Numbered from the whole stretch's first letter, positions 36,692 to 48,138 are shown. The stretch is DNA of 63,636 bases, filler included, from Globobulimina sp. (GCA_003354225.1; 49 parts of 49 records of this genome joined end to end with filler, not necessarily neighbours in it); one strand, 5' to 3'. A program made the numbers and translations. Notes: generated from the letters alone by a model not told the origin.

Positions 36692-37636
36692 TCAATGCAA
36701 AGCACAAACTGTTCCATCGTACCGTAAAGAAACAGTAGGAACCCATTCAGTATTTCTTGGCAATTGTAATGTTCCGGTGATTTTATTGTTAATTTTCATT
36801 GTTAAACTTGAGTTTGACATATTATATTCCAAACAAATGATATCATCCCAACATGGTTCAATTGGAAATAAAGGTGTTATATTTTCGCGTTTACCTTTTC
36901 CCCGAAATGCGTAATGTACAAAACCAGAAAGACCATATGCTCCAATTAAACCACCATGTGCGGTTTTTGATACATTCTTAGTGTCTGTTGGTACAACACC
37001 AGCAAAAATGTATGAGATTCCAATACGACCCGATCTTGAAGGATTTGTAAATTGTACTTTCCAAAACCAAATGTTTTTAGCTTTAGTATTATTAGTGATT
37101 ACTGGCAATGATTTATCACATTTTGCTGAGCCAACACCAGTTTTGTGTCTAACCTGATGCTGATTGATAACATCAAGATCAGTGCCAACATTTTTTTGTA
37201 AAAATATGCCAGTATATTTTATCTCTTTTGTATTTTCCTCATCTTCTTTTTTCTCCTCATAAATGCGTAATTGTTGAGACATTATTAATTTCAGTTGTTT
37301 TTGTATGCCATTAATTGCATCATCTTTTAACTGAAGATTCTTTTGCATTTCTTTAATTTGTTGCTGATTTTCAGATTTAATCTGAATAATATCATCCTGT
37401 TGTTTTTGTACAATGAATGTTAATTTTGTTGTTTCTTTTTGCATCTTATTTATTCTTTCATTCATAAGTTGCATCATTTTTTTATTCAAATCGTTTGTGG
37501 CTGCTTTACATTTCGCGATATGATCGTTTATTAATTGAGCTAATGAACCATTCCAATGACAATTGTTTTTTCCTGATTTATGGAGATCTCCTTCTTTTTC
37601 ATCCATGGTGTCATAAACACCCATATTTTCATCATT
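36692..37636 (-). CDS. Zinc-finger remnant + coiled-coil + SPRY-like domain protein
   Basis: CHWNGSL..HIAKC, coiled coil, WFWKVQF..IFAGVV..DDIICLEYN..WVPTVSL. Confidence 0.65.
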   Translation of the reverse strand, partial: NDENMGVYDTMDEKEGDLHKSGKNNCHWNGSLAQLINDHIAKCKAATNDLNKKMMQLMNERINKMQKETTKLTFIVQKQQDDIIQIKSENQQQIKEMQKNLQLKDDAINGIQKQLKLIMSQQLRIYEEKKEDEENTKEIKYTGIFLQKNVGTDLDVINQHQVRHKTGVGSAKCDKSLPVITNNTKAKNIWFWKVQFTNPSRSGRIGISYIFAGVVPTDTKNVSKTAHGGLIGAYGLSGFVHYAFRGKGKRENITPLFPIEPCWDDIICLEYNMSNSSLTMKINNKITGTLQLPRNTEWVPTVSLRYDGTVCALH

Positions 37637-37811
37637 NNNNNNNNNNNNNNNNNNNNNNNNNNNNNNNNNNNNNNNNNNNNTTAATTAATTAANNNNNNNN
37701 NNNNNNNNNNNNNNNNNNNNNNNNNNNNNNNNNNNNACTCTTAAAATGATTACATGTTGAACAAAATTCACACATGTTCAACATGTTGCTGACCCACAGA
37801 ATGAAAATCTC

Positions 37812-38450
37812 TTAGAAAGTGTCCACACTCTTTGAATCTAAAAACGACTGCATTTCGTAATTTTGATCAGGATCTGAGTCGGATTTTGTTTCTGTAATTT
37901 CAAAAATGGCATCTTCTTGCAATAAAGCAACATTTTTGTCATCTTGTCGGGCGATCAATGTTTCATTTTGAATGTTCATTAATTGGTTCCATCCCTTTTG
38001 ATGTTGCAATGAAAGGTAAATATAATCCATGCTTTCCATAATATCTTTGGAATATTTGTCTGCAATGTATAGTAATTCCTGATACATAAATTTATTCCCA
38101 TTTTTGCTGGATTTGAACATCCAAATACTGGATGGAAATACAAATTGGTTGAACCAGTCCCATTGTTGAGTAGTAATGGGAGCGGTTAACACTTTTTTGC
38201 AGGAATTGAGCACAATTTCTTCACATTGAGATGGATTTGAATACCATGCGGTTAATAATGTGGGTTCTGAAAATGGAGCATAATGTTGGAAACATTTGCC
38301 TATATTTTCTATCATATATTGTGACATTTTGGATGATTTTGAGTTTAATATCTTCGATCGCTGAGAAAAAATTTCTGCATTTTCGTGTAGTTTCTTACGT
38401 GCTGCGGTTACTTTTTCACCTAGTTGTTGTTTTGAATCCGTGTTACCCAT
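37812..38450 (-). CDS. Hypothetical protein with N-myristoylation-like start
   Basis: MGNTDSK start; ~210 open codons. Confidence 0.45.
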   Translation of the reverse strand: MGNTDSKQQLGEKVTAARKKLHENAEIFSQRSKILNSKSSKMSQYMIENIGKCFQHYAPFSEPTLLTAWYSNPSQCEEIVLNSCKKVLTAPITTQQWDWFNQFVFPSSIWMFKSSKNGNKFMYQELLYIADKYSKDIMESMDYIYLSLQHQKGWNQLMNIQNETLIARQDDKNVALLQEDAIFEITETKSDSDPDQNYEMQSFLDSKSVDTF

Positions 38451-39036
38451 TGTCTGAGTATTAGAATTTGTCACGGTTTTTTTTTGTGTATTCTAAATTA
38501 GCCCCCTCCATTCCCCCTGGTCATCGAGCAACTGCTTTATGTGGAATGACTGGAATCGATCAACACACTGACTTGAATTTACAACACATCAATGTTTAAC
38601 ATGATATATATATTTCTTATCATATGTTTCTTATTATATTTCAGTGGCTATGTTATATGTTATATTTGTACGAAAAGTGAAGATATCATTTGAAGGATCA
38701 GTATCTTGAATATAGTGCAAAAATGCTATTCCTTTTTATGCAATGATTATAAAGAAGATTAAAAGTAAAAAGTTTGCGGATTTTGGATCTAAAAAGATTA
38801 CAAGCTGTCGAACATAAGTACAGGATATAAAAATAATTGGTTTGTTCTGGGTTTATTTAAAAAAAACAGATGTGTAGAAACGATTTTAATTGAATTTATT
38901 GGTAAACAAATAATGGATAAAACAAAACAATTACTCNNNNNNNNNNNNNNNNNNNNNNNNNNNNNNNNNNNNNNNNNNNNTTAATTAATTAANNNNNNNN
39001 NNNNNNNNNNNNNNNNNNNNNNNNNNNNNNNNNNNN

Positions 39037-39930
39037 TAAGTTAAGATGACAGAGGCAATGTATTGCATGGTATTGAATGGCTGCTCTCATTCTGGTTTGG
39101 TCGATGAAGCCATGTCCATTTTCGAGGACATTGTGGCTGAATTTGAAAATAATATGTCTTCGAATGTTGTAACGGCATTCATTGATTGTTTAGCAAGAAA
39201 AGGAAATCATTATTTGGCTCAAGCAGAAAATGTGTATGATACATATATTGGAAATAATATTCATATGTATTATAAATGTAAGTTACATGCACTTTTCTCG
39301 TTGCTGTCAGCGTGCCGCATTCATAATGATATGAGACGGAGTGAGCGCATTTTTGATAAAATAAACATGATTTTGAAGCAACATGAAATCAAAGACATTG
39401 ATAATGATACAGCAGCTTCTATGCATGTGCTGTTATCGAATATCTATGGACAGAATAAAGATTTTGAGAAAGTGGATAAAATTCGTAAGATAATGAAAGA
39501 GAAAAAGATTCGAAAAAAAGCTGGGATGTCATGGATTGAGATAGATGGGGAAACGCATACATTTTTAGCGAATGATAAATCACATCCAATGCATAATGAG
39601 ATAGCAAAAGAAAGAGAAATATTAAAAAATGAATTAAAAAATTATGGTCATGTATTTGATGCGAATGTAATTACGCGGGAATTGAATGAAAATGAAAATG
39701 TTGAGGATCATTTATGTGGTCACAGTGAAAAATCTGCTTTGATTTATGGATTAATAATGACATCGCCAGAAACACCACTTGTAATTGCAAAGAATTTAAG
39801 AGTTTGCAAAAATTGTCATTCTGCAACCAAATTAATATCAAAAATTAGGAAACGAAAATTATCCGTAAGAGATAAAAATAGATGGCATATATTTGAAAAT
39901 GGGCAATGTTCATGCAATGATTATTTTTGA
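39037..39930 (+). CDS. PPR protein with E and DYW cytidine-deaminase domains (RNA-editing-factor type), C-terminal part
   Basis: CSHSGLVDEA PPR, LLSACRIH, VLLSNIYG, AGMSWIEI, HSEK, KNLRVCKNCH, RD..RWHIFENGQCSCNDYF-stop. Confidence 0.95.
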
Positions 39931-40769
39931 TTATTTAATGGATTATTTAATAGTGTAGGCCACGAAATGAACGACTATTTATAGAATGGTTCAAATTATG
40001 CATGAGATACATGAAAAATATTGGTTTTTGAGGAAAACAAAACAGTGAGATAGTTGCTTTGAAAATGTAGTAAGGACAATATTACGCAGTATAATAATAA
40101 GTTGAATTTTTAGTAATATTTAATAAGACACACAATGCACAAACAAAATAAAAAAAATAAACAATGCACATATAGGTAACAAACAATACAAATTGTTTGA
40201 ATTTTTAATATGATAAAAAAAATACACAAAATTTACNNNNNNNNNNNNNNNNNNNNNNNNNNNNNNNNNNNNNNNNNNNNTTAATTAATTAANNNNNNNN
40301 NNNNNNNNNNNNNNNNNNNNNNNNNNNNNNNNNNNNATTTTATTGATATCGTCAATGTGGTATCTAAATACACTTTGTCAATTCGCAAAACCATTCAGAA
40401 ACTACTTTCTGCATTCATCCACTGTTCACCATTATTTGACACCAAAATATCCTCCAAAGAGATTTTTCTTCAAAGATTTAAGAAGCTACAGAAATGTGAA
40501 GGAAATTTATGCAGAAAAATCAAAATCTATGAGAAAGAAACGTTATAAAATGTTAAAGACAGTTCCAAAGAAAATGGATGAATTAAGAAAAACACAAAAT
40601 TTAAAAATTTATAAACTGAAAACGGATACAATTAAACGAGAATATATCTCATTAGCATGGCATCATTGTTTTCATAAGCATCCAAATGATCTAAAACGTG
40701 CACTTTTTACAATGTCTATGGATGTCTCGCATTCTGTGGGTGTACGGTGTTGACAGACTGGCTCGAAAT

Positions 40770-41080
40770 CTCTGTGCAATCCATGATTGACTCACATCGA
40801 ATGGATCCGTATTGAATGGATCTGTCCATTTAAATATACCTTCTGTCTCCTCATCATTTAAACCGATCCAGCAAAGATAATTTCTATTTGAAGCTGTACC
40901 GCAAATAGGTGTAGCAATATCATTGTCTGCTTGCGATGTGATTGTTGCCAACAATGATCCATATGCTTCACAAGCAAGTTGTGCATCTTCGCCAGTTAAC
41001 GGAGTATCAATTCGAAAATAACCATTACATAATTTCACTGCTAATAAATGAAAAGCTGTAATTAATACAAAGACAGACAT
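40770..41080 (-). CDS. Secreted C-type lectin domain protein (truncated)
   Basis: Signal peptide; AQLAC...LATITS, CWIGLND...EGIFKWTD. Confidence 0.8.
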
Positions 41081-41173
41081 TGTTGTAAATACGTGGTGGT
41101 AATTAGATGGTTGAAGGTCTAAAAAAAAACCTGAGGTTTGACTTCAGTAAGATTTATTTTTTAACAGAATAAC

Positions 41174-41536
41174 ATGGGAAATCAAACCTACAACGTAGAT
41201 TATGCACAATCACGGGTAGATCAATGCGAAACTGCTATTATTCAGTCATGCAATAATTTAGCAATCCCACGAGCTATAATTAATATAATTTTACAATACA
41301 GTGAGCATTGGAAATGGCAGCAATATGAAGCAAGCTGGTCTGAAACAGCAAAGAAAAAGTCAAAATATCTGAGAGTGTATGATATTCATTTGAGACAATT
41401 AAGATTGGAATTGAGAGATTCAAAAAGAAGAATAAAGTCGTCGTCAGCATTAAAATCGACACATTTTAATCGTTTTGAATATGCCATAGACCCAAACACA
41501 CGAAAAATCTGTTTTACTTTAAACTTTTTTCGTTAT
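41174..41536 (+). CDS. Hypothetical protein N-terminus (MGN start, F-box-like IPxxIINII motif)
   Basis: MGNQ..LAIPRAIINIILQY. Confidence 0.4.
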
Positions 41537-42172
41537 NNNNNNNNNNNNNNNNNNNNNNNNNNNNNNNNNNNNNNNNNNNNTTAATTAATTAANNNNNNNN
41601 NNNNNNNNNNNNNNNNNNNNNNNNNNNNNNNNNNNNTGTAAAAAAAAAATTGAAAAAAGTCAAATTTTGCAATTTTTACAACCGTTTACATTTGGAGTAT
41701 TAGCCTAATACCCCTTAAATGATCAGAATTGATGTCTATGCTACGATGAATCCTCTGCGTTTTGGATCATCTGGCCACCAATTTGCAAAACGAAAATGGA
41801 AACGCGATTCCAACCACCCGCCAACACTGCGTTTTCATAATTTATTTTCAGTGTTTATATAGAGATCGAATGGAATTTCAGATCAAACCGTGAAATATGA
41901 AGATCATTAGCTGGTATTTTCTCGAATATGAGTTTGCTTTGTTCGGCGTTATTTATTTGTTTTTCTTCATTGTCCTTTTCGTTACATTCTTTCTCATCAA
42001 ATATAGACAACAATTCATTCACTAGAGTGCGTAGAGTCATGTTTCATTTATGTTATTTTTGTTATAAAACTATCTTCAAAACAGCTTACTTAAAGAATAG
42101 CACATATTAGTAGTAGACTACTTTAGAAAAATATGTAATAATTATATATAATAATTAATTGTTTATATATAT

Positions 42173-42835
42173 TTAATATGGGATATACAAAATTGCAGTA
42201 GCAACAACACCAACAATTAAGGCAATAAATGGATTATCCATAGTATGCGGTGCTTTTGCTTCAACTATGCATCCAACCGGCGGTACAACGACCATTGCAA
42301 TGATAAACTGCCACAACGTATACTCATTAAAAGCAAAGGCAACGCCCAAATAGCCAGATAATAACACCATTGACGAGCCTGGCACTGATCTCACATAATC
42401 ATACTCTGTGCAGCATCCATGTGTTCTGTAAGTGCAATCTTTCCCGGTTCCGCAGCCATTGCGACCAAATTTGACACCAACCGGCTCCGCCAATCCATCG
42501 CCTAAACCGCTGATAAAAGCGGGTATCAACACAAAAACTCCCGAATCCAACTCGTTCCACCAAAATGACAATGCAAATAAAAAAACATAATACAATATAC
42601 TTTGCGTATTTAGCCATAATAAATGATTGGGTCTATCCTCTTTTCTTTCAAACGCATCCATTGTATTTTCACAACAGTTGCACCAACGGCACACATTCTT
42701 AGATCTGGTATCGCCACAACACCAATTCGCACACGTCCGGGTCGGCCTTGCCATCATAAATATAAATACTTGCGACTGCCAGCCAGCCCATAGCACGTCA
42801 AATACGATGTTACCAAACGCCTTATCGAGGTCAGC
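42173..42835 (-). CDS. CTP-dependent phytol/dolichol-kinase-like membrane protein, C-terminal part
   Basis: GLGDGLAEPVG..FG, RSVPGS, EAKAPHTMDNP. Confidence 0.8.
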   Translation of the reverse strand, partial: ADLDKAFGNIVFDVLWAGWQSQVFIFMMARPTRTCANWCCGDTRSKNVCRWCNCCENTMDAFERKEDRPNHLLWLNTQSILYYVFLFALSFWWNELDSGVFVLIPAFISGLGDGLAEPVGVKFGRNGCGTGKDCTYRTHGCCTEYDYVRSVPGSSMVLLSGYLGVAFAFNEYTLWQFIIAMVVVPPVGCIVEAKAPHTMDNPFIALIVGVVATAILYIPY

Positions 42836-43338
42836 ANNNNNNNNNNNNNNNNNNNNNNNNNNNNNNNNNNNNNNNNNNNNTTAATTAATTAANNNNNNNN
42901 NNNNNNNNNNNNNNNNNNNNNNNNNNNNNNNNNNNNATATTGTGTGTTGTGTGCGAGACAATTATGTTCGAAGCGATCATTATTGCAATATCTCTGTACT
43001 TTGTTATGTATGAATGTTAAGTGTTGATATGCATTCTATTTTAATCTGATAATCGGATTCTGTAATAACATTTAATTTAATTTAATCATTTTCTCAAATT
43101 TAATTGTATCATCATTCATGATCAATCCATATCATATAGACCTTATGATGGTGCTTACCATGTCCAAGGTCAAGGTCATCATATTATATAATACTTAAGA
43201 TGAAGAGTGTGTTGATGCAAAAAACTTCTCCTCAAAACCAAAAACTTCTTCTCTTCCTTCCTTTTATAGTTTTATTCTAAATCCTATAGTCGTTAACAGT
43301 GAGTAGTCAGATCAAATCAGTTTTGTTGCATTGTAATG

Positions 43339-43535
43339 TTGGTAGCGTTGATTAATTGGTGTGTTGGGTAAGACCGAAATTCAATACATACAGCATATAA
43401 TACATACAGAATTGTTTTTCGTTGGACTTTACCCAAATTTTCCAATACTCCAATTACATCAACGCACCAATGTCCAAATACTCCAATACTCCCAAATTTT
43501 GTATTAAATACATCAACGCACCAATGTCCAAATAC
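43339..43535. promoter_or_regulatory. Repeated CATCAACGCACCAA-type motif upstream of the nor-family gene
   Basis: Exact 27-nt direct repeat at 43455-43481 and 43509-43535; diverged inverted copies at ~43339-43354 and ~43356-43370. Confidence 0.5.
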
Positions 43536-43576
43536 GTTTTATCTAAAATACATACTATATATATTTAGATAAGATT

Positions 43577-44136
43577 ATGGCAACAGAAGTATCAGACAAC
43601 GATGAATGGATTTTACGTCCAGCCAAAACGAATTGGATCGCCACATTATCGAATAAAAATTACTGGGCATTTTATTTCCTCGTAATCGTAGCAATCTGTG
43701 TAGGCGGTATTGGTTACTTCGGCGAAGTGGCTCATTACGAAGTACCACCATTGTGTGATTTCGTAGGTCCTGATGGCAGTGTAATTATCTCTGCCAAGAG
43801 TATCAATCACGGCGAGGAAGTCTTCCATTTACGTGGATTAATGGCTTATGGCTCCTTTTTAGGTGACGGCTCAGAGCGTGGTCCAGATTATACCGCCGAA
43901 GCATTGCACGAATGGGCCCTTGGAATGTCCAAACATTACGAATCCAAATTAAAACACAAGACGCAGCACGACATCGAGGCCATTAAACCGCGCGTTCGCA
44001 GCGAATTACGTAACAACGCGTACAACAAAGAAAAGGATGTCATCGTCTTGAACACGGCACAGATATCGGCGTGGAAACGAGTGGCCACTTATTATCGCCG
44101 CATATTCGCCGGAGCTGAACAAGGAACGTTCACGTT
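43577..44136 (+). CDS. nor: Quinol-dependent nitric oxide reductase family (qNOR/NorZ; Nod-like N-terminus), N-terminal fragment
   Basis: TM helix + PP, GEEVFHLRGLMAYGSFLGDGSERGPDYTAEALH, ELRNNAY, YYRRIF; AT-rich upstream region with no Shine-Dalgarno. Confidence 0.9.
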
Positions 44137-44237
44137 NNNNNNNNNNNNNNNNNNNNNNNNNNNNNNNNNNNNNNNNNNNNTTAATTAATTAANNNNNNNN
44201 NNNNNNNNNNNNNNNNNNNNNNNNNNNNNNNNNNNNT

Positions 44238-45172
44238 GTCCGAATTGCTGCTGAGTTTTGGGAAGAGAATATTTTTCGGAAATCATTAGCCGCCAAATTA
44301 GTGTGTAATATATATATTATATAATATGTAATAATAATGCAAATTAACAGGAGTTTGGATGTGCGATTTATTTTACTATGCTTGCGGACAACGTAGAAAT
44401 GAGAAGTATTTTTTCAAGGAACCTGGCTAATAAACAAAGCATAGAAAATGCATCCATGAAATTTCTAGATATGATTGGTTGGTTACTACGGTGAGTACGG
44501 TCATTGTTGCGTTGCAATGTTAACTTATTAGCAATGTTACAAGAATTAGGAGTTATGCATAGAAATATGGGTATATGTTACCGTCACTTTGAAGCTATGC
44601 TACGGTCATTGTATGAAACATTTTGGTATTATTTCCCGATCAGATATGGTATACAGGTACACATACTCTATATTTTCGTAGATTACGTCCGGACTTTGGA
44701 TTATAACAAAACAGATTAAATACGTGATTGACCAAATATTTACATTGACAGCGCGTGTAATGTGCGGAAAGAGTTTAAACAGAATCGAAGAATATGTAAA
44801 AACGGACCATCTCCATAATAAACATGAATTTTTTGGATCGTTGAAAGTATGCTTAGCATCGAATGTGGGACGAGAATATTTATATAGATACTTACAACAG
44901 ACATTATGCGATGAAATTGCTATCTTCTTGAAATCTTTGGGCAAATTTAAAGTTGCTACATCAGATAAAGAGAGATTTATGATCGCGAGATGTAAATATA
45001 GGCCAGGATGGATATGTTAGAATTAGAACGCATATTTTGTGAGAAAGATGATTTAACAGTATCTAAAGATATGTTTGTTGCGGTTGAAAAAGAAATGCAT
45101 CAATTGATTAGAGCTAATCATTGGAGCAAATTCAACCAAACTTTCAAAAATATTGAAATTTCGCCAATTTAA
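44238..45172 (+). CDS. Globin-RGS fusion protein (introns 44301-44350 and 44657-44714; two lesions)
   Basis: Globin: FGCAIYFTML..EMRSIF..KFLDMIGWL..LQELGVMHRNMGICYRHFEAMLRSL; RGS: SLKVCLASNVGREYLYRYLQQTLCDEIAIFL..FK and DMFVAVEKEMHQLIRANHWSKF. Confidence 0.75.
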
Positions 45173-45538
45173 TTATTAAAAATAATTGTTGTTTGTTTAT
45201 GTGCTTATTTGTATAGCGAATCTGTTTTTTTTATGTGTTTGTTTGTGTTGTTTTTGTGTTTCCATCGATCGATCGAGCGGAGTATTTGTTTTTTTTAAGA
45301 AACTAAATAAATAATATTTTTTAGTGCATGTGCATGTGTCATTTGTGTGATTTTAATTGTGTTATTGTGTAATAATATGTGTTTTTGTTAATATATAAAT
45401 TAGATTTGTGTGTTTTTGATATAAAATACATGCACTNNNNNNNNNNNNNNNNNNNNNNNNNNNNNNNNNNNNNNNNNNNNTTAATTAATTAANNNNNNNN
45501 NNNNNNNNNNNNNNNNNNNNNNNNNNNNNNNNNNNNAC

Positions 45539-46736
45539 TCTCCCGTGCCTTTTTTAGCCGGTGTCAATCGGTCGTGGATCAAAGGACAGCATTACGACGA
45601 TGTTGTTTTTGTGTATTTGGACGACGATACCATACTAACTACGTCTTCCACGCAGTTGGAGGCCTTACCCCAACGACCAAAGAAGAAATTGGAGAGCAAG
45701 TTGGAGGAATTGCTGCCGTGGCTGAATAAAAACGACAAATCGCCCAACAAACACAAAACAAAACTGTATAAGACGTCGATGGGGATCGGCGGCGGCAATT
45801 TGGGCGCGACCTATGAGGACGAAGAGAAGTATAATATGGGCGGCATGACGCAACACATCAACCATAGCTTGGACCTGCTGCCCATTTCGCACTTTCTGAC
45901 CAGTGGCAGTACCATCCATTCCAACGAGGCGAACAAGGAACAGAACTCTGAGGGCATGACCCGGCCGCACGAGATTATATTCCGTGATATACAGAAAGCG
46001 TTTTTGAAATTCTTCACCAGCATTTTGGAACAGCACAACGTGAAATACACCGACAAACAACGCAAGAATGACCCCAGTATACGGCGGCAGGAATATATAT
46101 ATTTTAAGTTGAACAAAGTGAACAATTTGGTGGAGTTTCAGCGGGAGAAGTTTTTAGAGGAAGGCATTGATAAAAATTTCCGCCCCTTCATGGAGATATT
46201 GACCCAGACGCAGCTGTTCATGGCCTTTTGTCAGGAACGGGAGGAAATGATCGAAAGCCGCAGCAAGGACATTCCGTACGAGATTCGCTACTTTGATGAG
46301 GAGATCATTGCGAAAAAAAATAGATCGACGCTGCGGACCAAGAAGAAAGTGACCAGTTTCTTGGATGACCGGTCGATGAATTTGAAGAGTGTGTTTGTAG
46401 CGAACCAGCCCAATTTGAATGATTTGGATTTGAGAGAGTATTCCTACTCCTCCTTCCCCAACGGATTGAAGAAAGAGAGGTTTGGCATCATACGCAAAGT
46501 GACTGCGCCGTGGGACAATCGCATGAATAATGTGTCCAAATTGCGACGCACCAAATCCTTGCGTACTCGCGGCGGCTTTGGACACGTCAAAAACGAGCAG
46601 ACTTTTGGCGCATTACAGCAGTTAATGGCGATGCAGCATACGGCGCATATACACAAAGCTCAATGGTGGGACAATTTCACTGTGCAGACCTTGATCGCGC
46701 AGCCGTATAGCCGTATGATTATAGAGAGGAATGAGA
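45539..46736 (+). CDS. DENN-domain Rab GEF fragment
   Basis: SPVPFLAGV, VVFVYLD, AFLKFF, FMEILTQTQLFMAFCQER. Confidence 0.85.
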
Positions 46737-46868
46737 NNNNNNNNNNNNNNNNNNNNNNNNNNNNNNNNNNNNNNNNNNNNTTAATTAATTAANNNNNNNN
46801 NNNNNNNNNNNNNNNNNNNNNNNNNNNNNNNNNNNNAAAAGCTACTATTTCCAGTTCACTTTGATCAA

Positions 46869-47336
46869 ATGGCACTAGACTTAAAGGTCGACAAGAATGC
46901 AGTAATCGGTCCATCCTGTTTATGGGGGAATCCATTGAAAGGCAAAGATTTGAAACATGATCTCATTGAAATTCGGACATTGAATCCTCATCAAAAAGCA
47001 CGACTCATGGTATTTAAGAATGTTTGTGTGCAATTCTTTGCATTGGAAACATCTGAATTACAATCAGCACAAATATGTAATACTCAATGTTTCAATGCAG
47101 TCAGTGGTCAAACATTTCGTTATCTTAAGAACGCGGTGCCAGCACATCATGTGAATCAAGATTGTGTTCAGTTAACAATTCCCATTAAAAAAGAATGCAA
47201 AATGTTAAGAGTTAAATTTTATTGCATTGAAAATCATCCCTATAAAATGTCGATTGGTGGTCATTTAATGCATGCATTGGGACTCCGACTTGGTAGACCA
47301 TCTGGAAACAATTTTCCACTCGAAACAATTTTTTAA
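46869..47336 (+). CDS. Hypothetical protein fragment
   Basis: 155 open codons; no motif recognised. Confidence 0.4.
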   Translation: MALDLKVDKNAVIGPSCLWGNPLKGKDLKHDLIEIRTLNPHQKARLMVFKNVCVQFFALETSELQSAQICNTQCFNAVSGQTFRYLKNAVPAHHVNQDCVQLTIPIKKECKMLRVKFYCIENHPYKMSIGGHLMHALGLRLGRPSGNNFPLETIF

Positions 47337-47576
47337 TAATTCAAATTAATTAATTCAAATGGCAACATCCATAAACCCATGTCATTAATTAATAAAGCAA
47401 ACAAAACACATGGCGCATTTTCAATTATTTAGTAGTAAGTAGTTTAATAAACTGCAGGATATTATAACATAACATTTCATTATTTTCGAACATTAAACAT
47501 AAAATAATGAGATTGCACGCCATCTTGTTCCACTTTTTCATGCAAACTTCACTCCAAACAAAAACAGTTCAATATC

Positions 47577-48036
47577 ATGACCGAGTCAGACAGTCATAGT
47601 TCTAGCAACAGTGACGAAGAGAAACAAGAAACAACAGACTATATAGCACCACTTCAATCAGCTGCAGACAACAAAAGTGATCGTAAACATGTATTTAATA
47701 GAACGCAAGCCTGGCAATGGAGTAAGAAATCCATTGCTTTAGAATTTGAATCAATGCTTTTAAATTTGCAGGAACAAGCAATTGACTTAGCAGGCAGCGA
47801 TATTGGCAATATGAGTGACTCGGATATGACAGGTGGTGGTGGTGGCGGTGGTTCAGCCGATAATGCCTTACCAAATGTCGATGACTATGTTTCCATGTTA
47901 ACTGCTATGGATTATGTCCAATCCGTCGATATCATGGAACCGAAATTTGAATCAAATAAAGCATTTAAACAAAAATTGGACTCTTTACATGAACGCATTG
48001 GTATATTTATCAAGAAAGTGGGCACTGCGCTCACAG
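47577..48036 (+). CDS. Hypothetical protein N-terminus
   Basis: ATG-initiated and open to the contig end. Confidence 0.45.
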
Positions 48037-48138
48037 NNNNNNNNNNNNNNNNNNNNNNNNNNNNNNNNNNNNNNNNNNNNTTAATTAATTAANNNNNNNN
48101 NNNNNNNNNNNNNNNNNNNNNNNNNNNNNNNNNNNNTA

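Noticed and set aside
42937-45436. nor gene next to the globin-RGS gene as an NO-sensing/denitrification cluster
   Set aside because: They are on separate contigs joined by the artificial linker in a length-sorted concatenation, so the adjacency is arbitrary.
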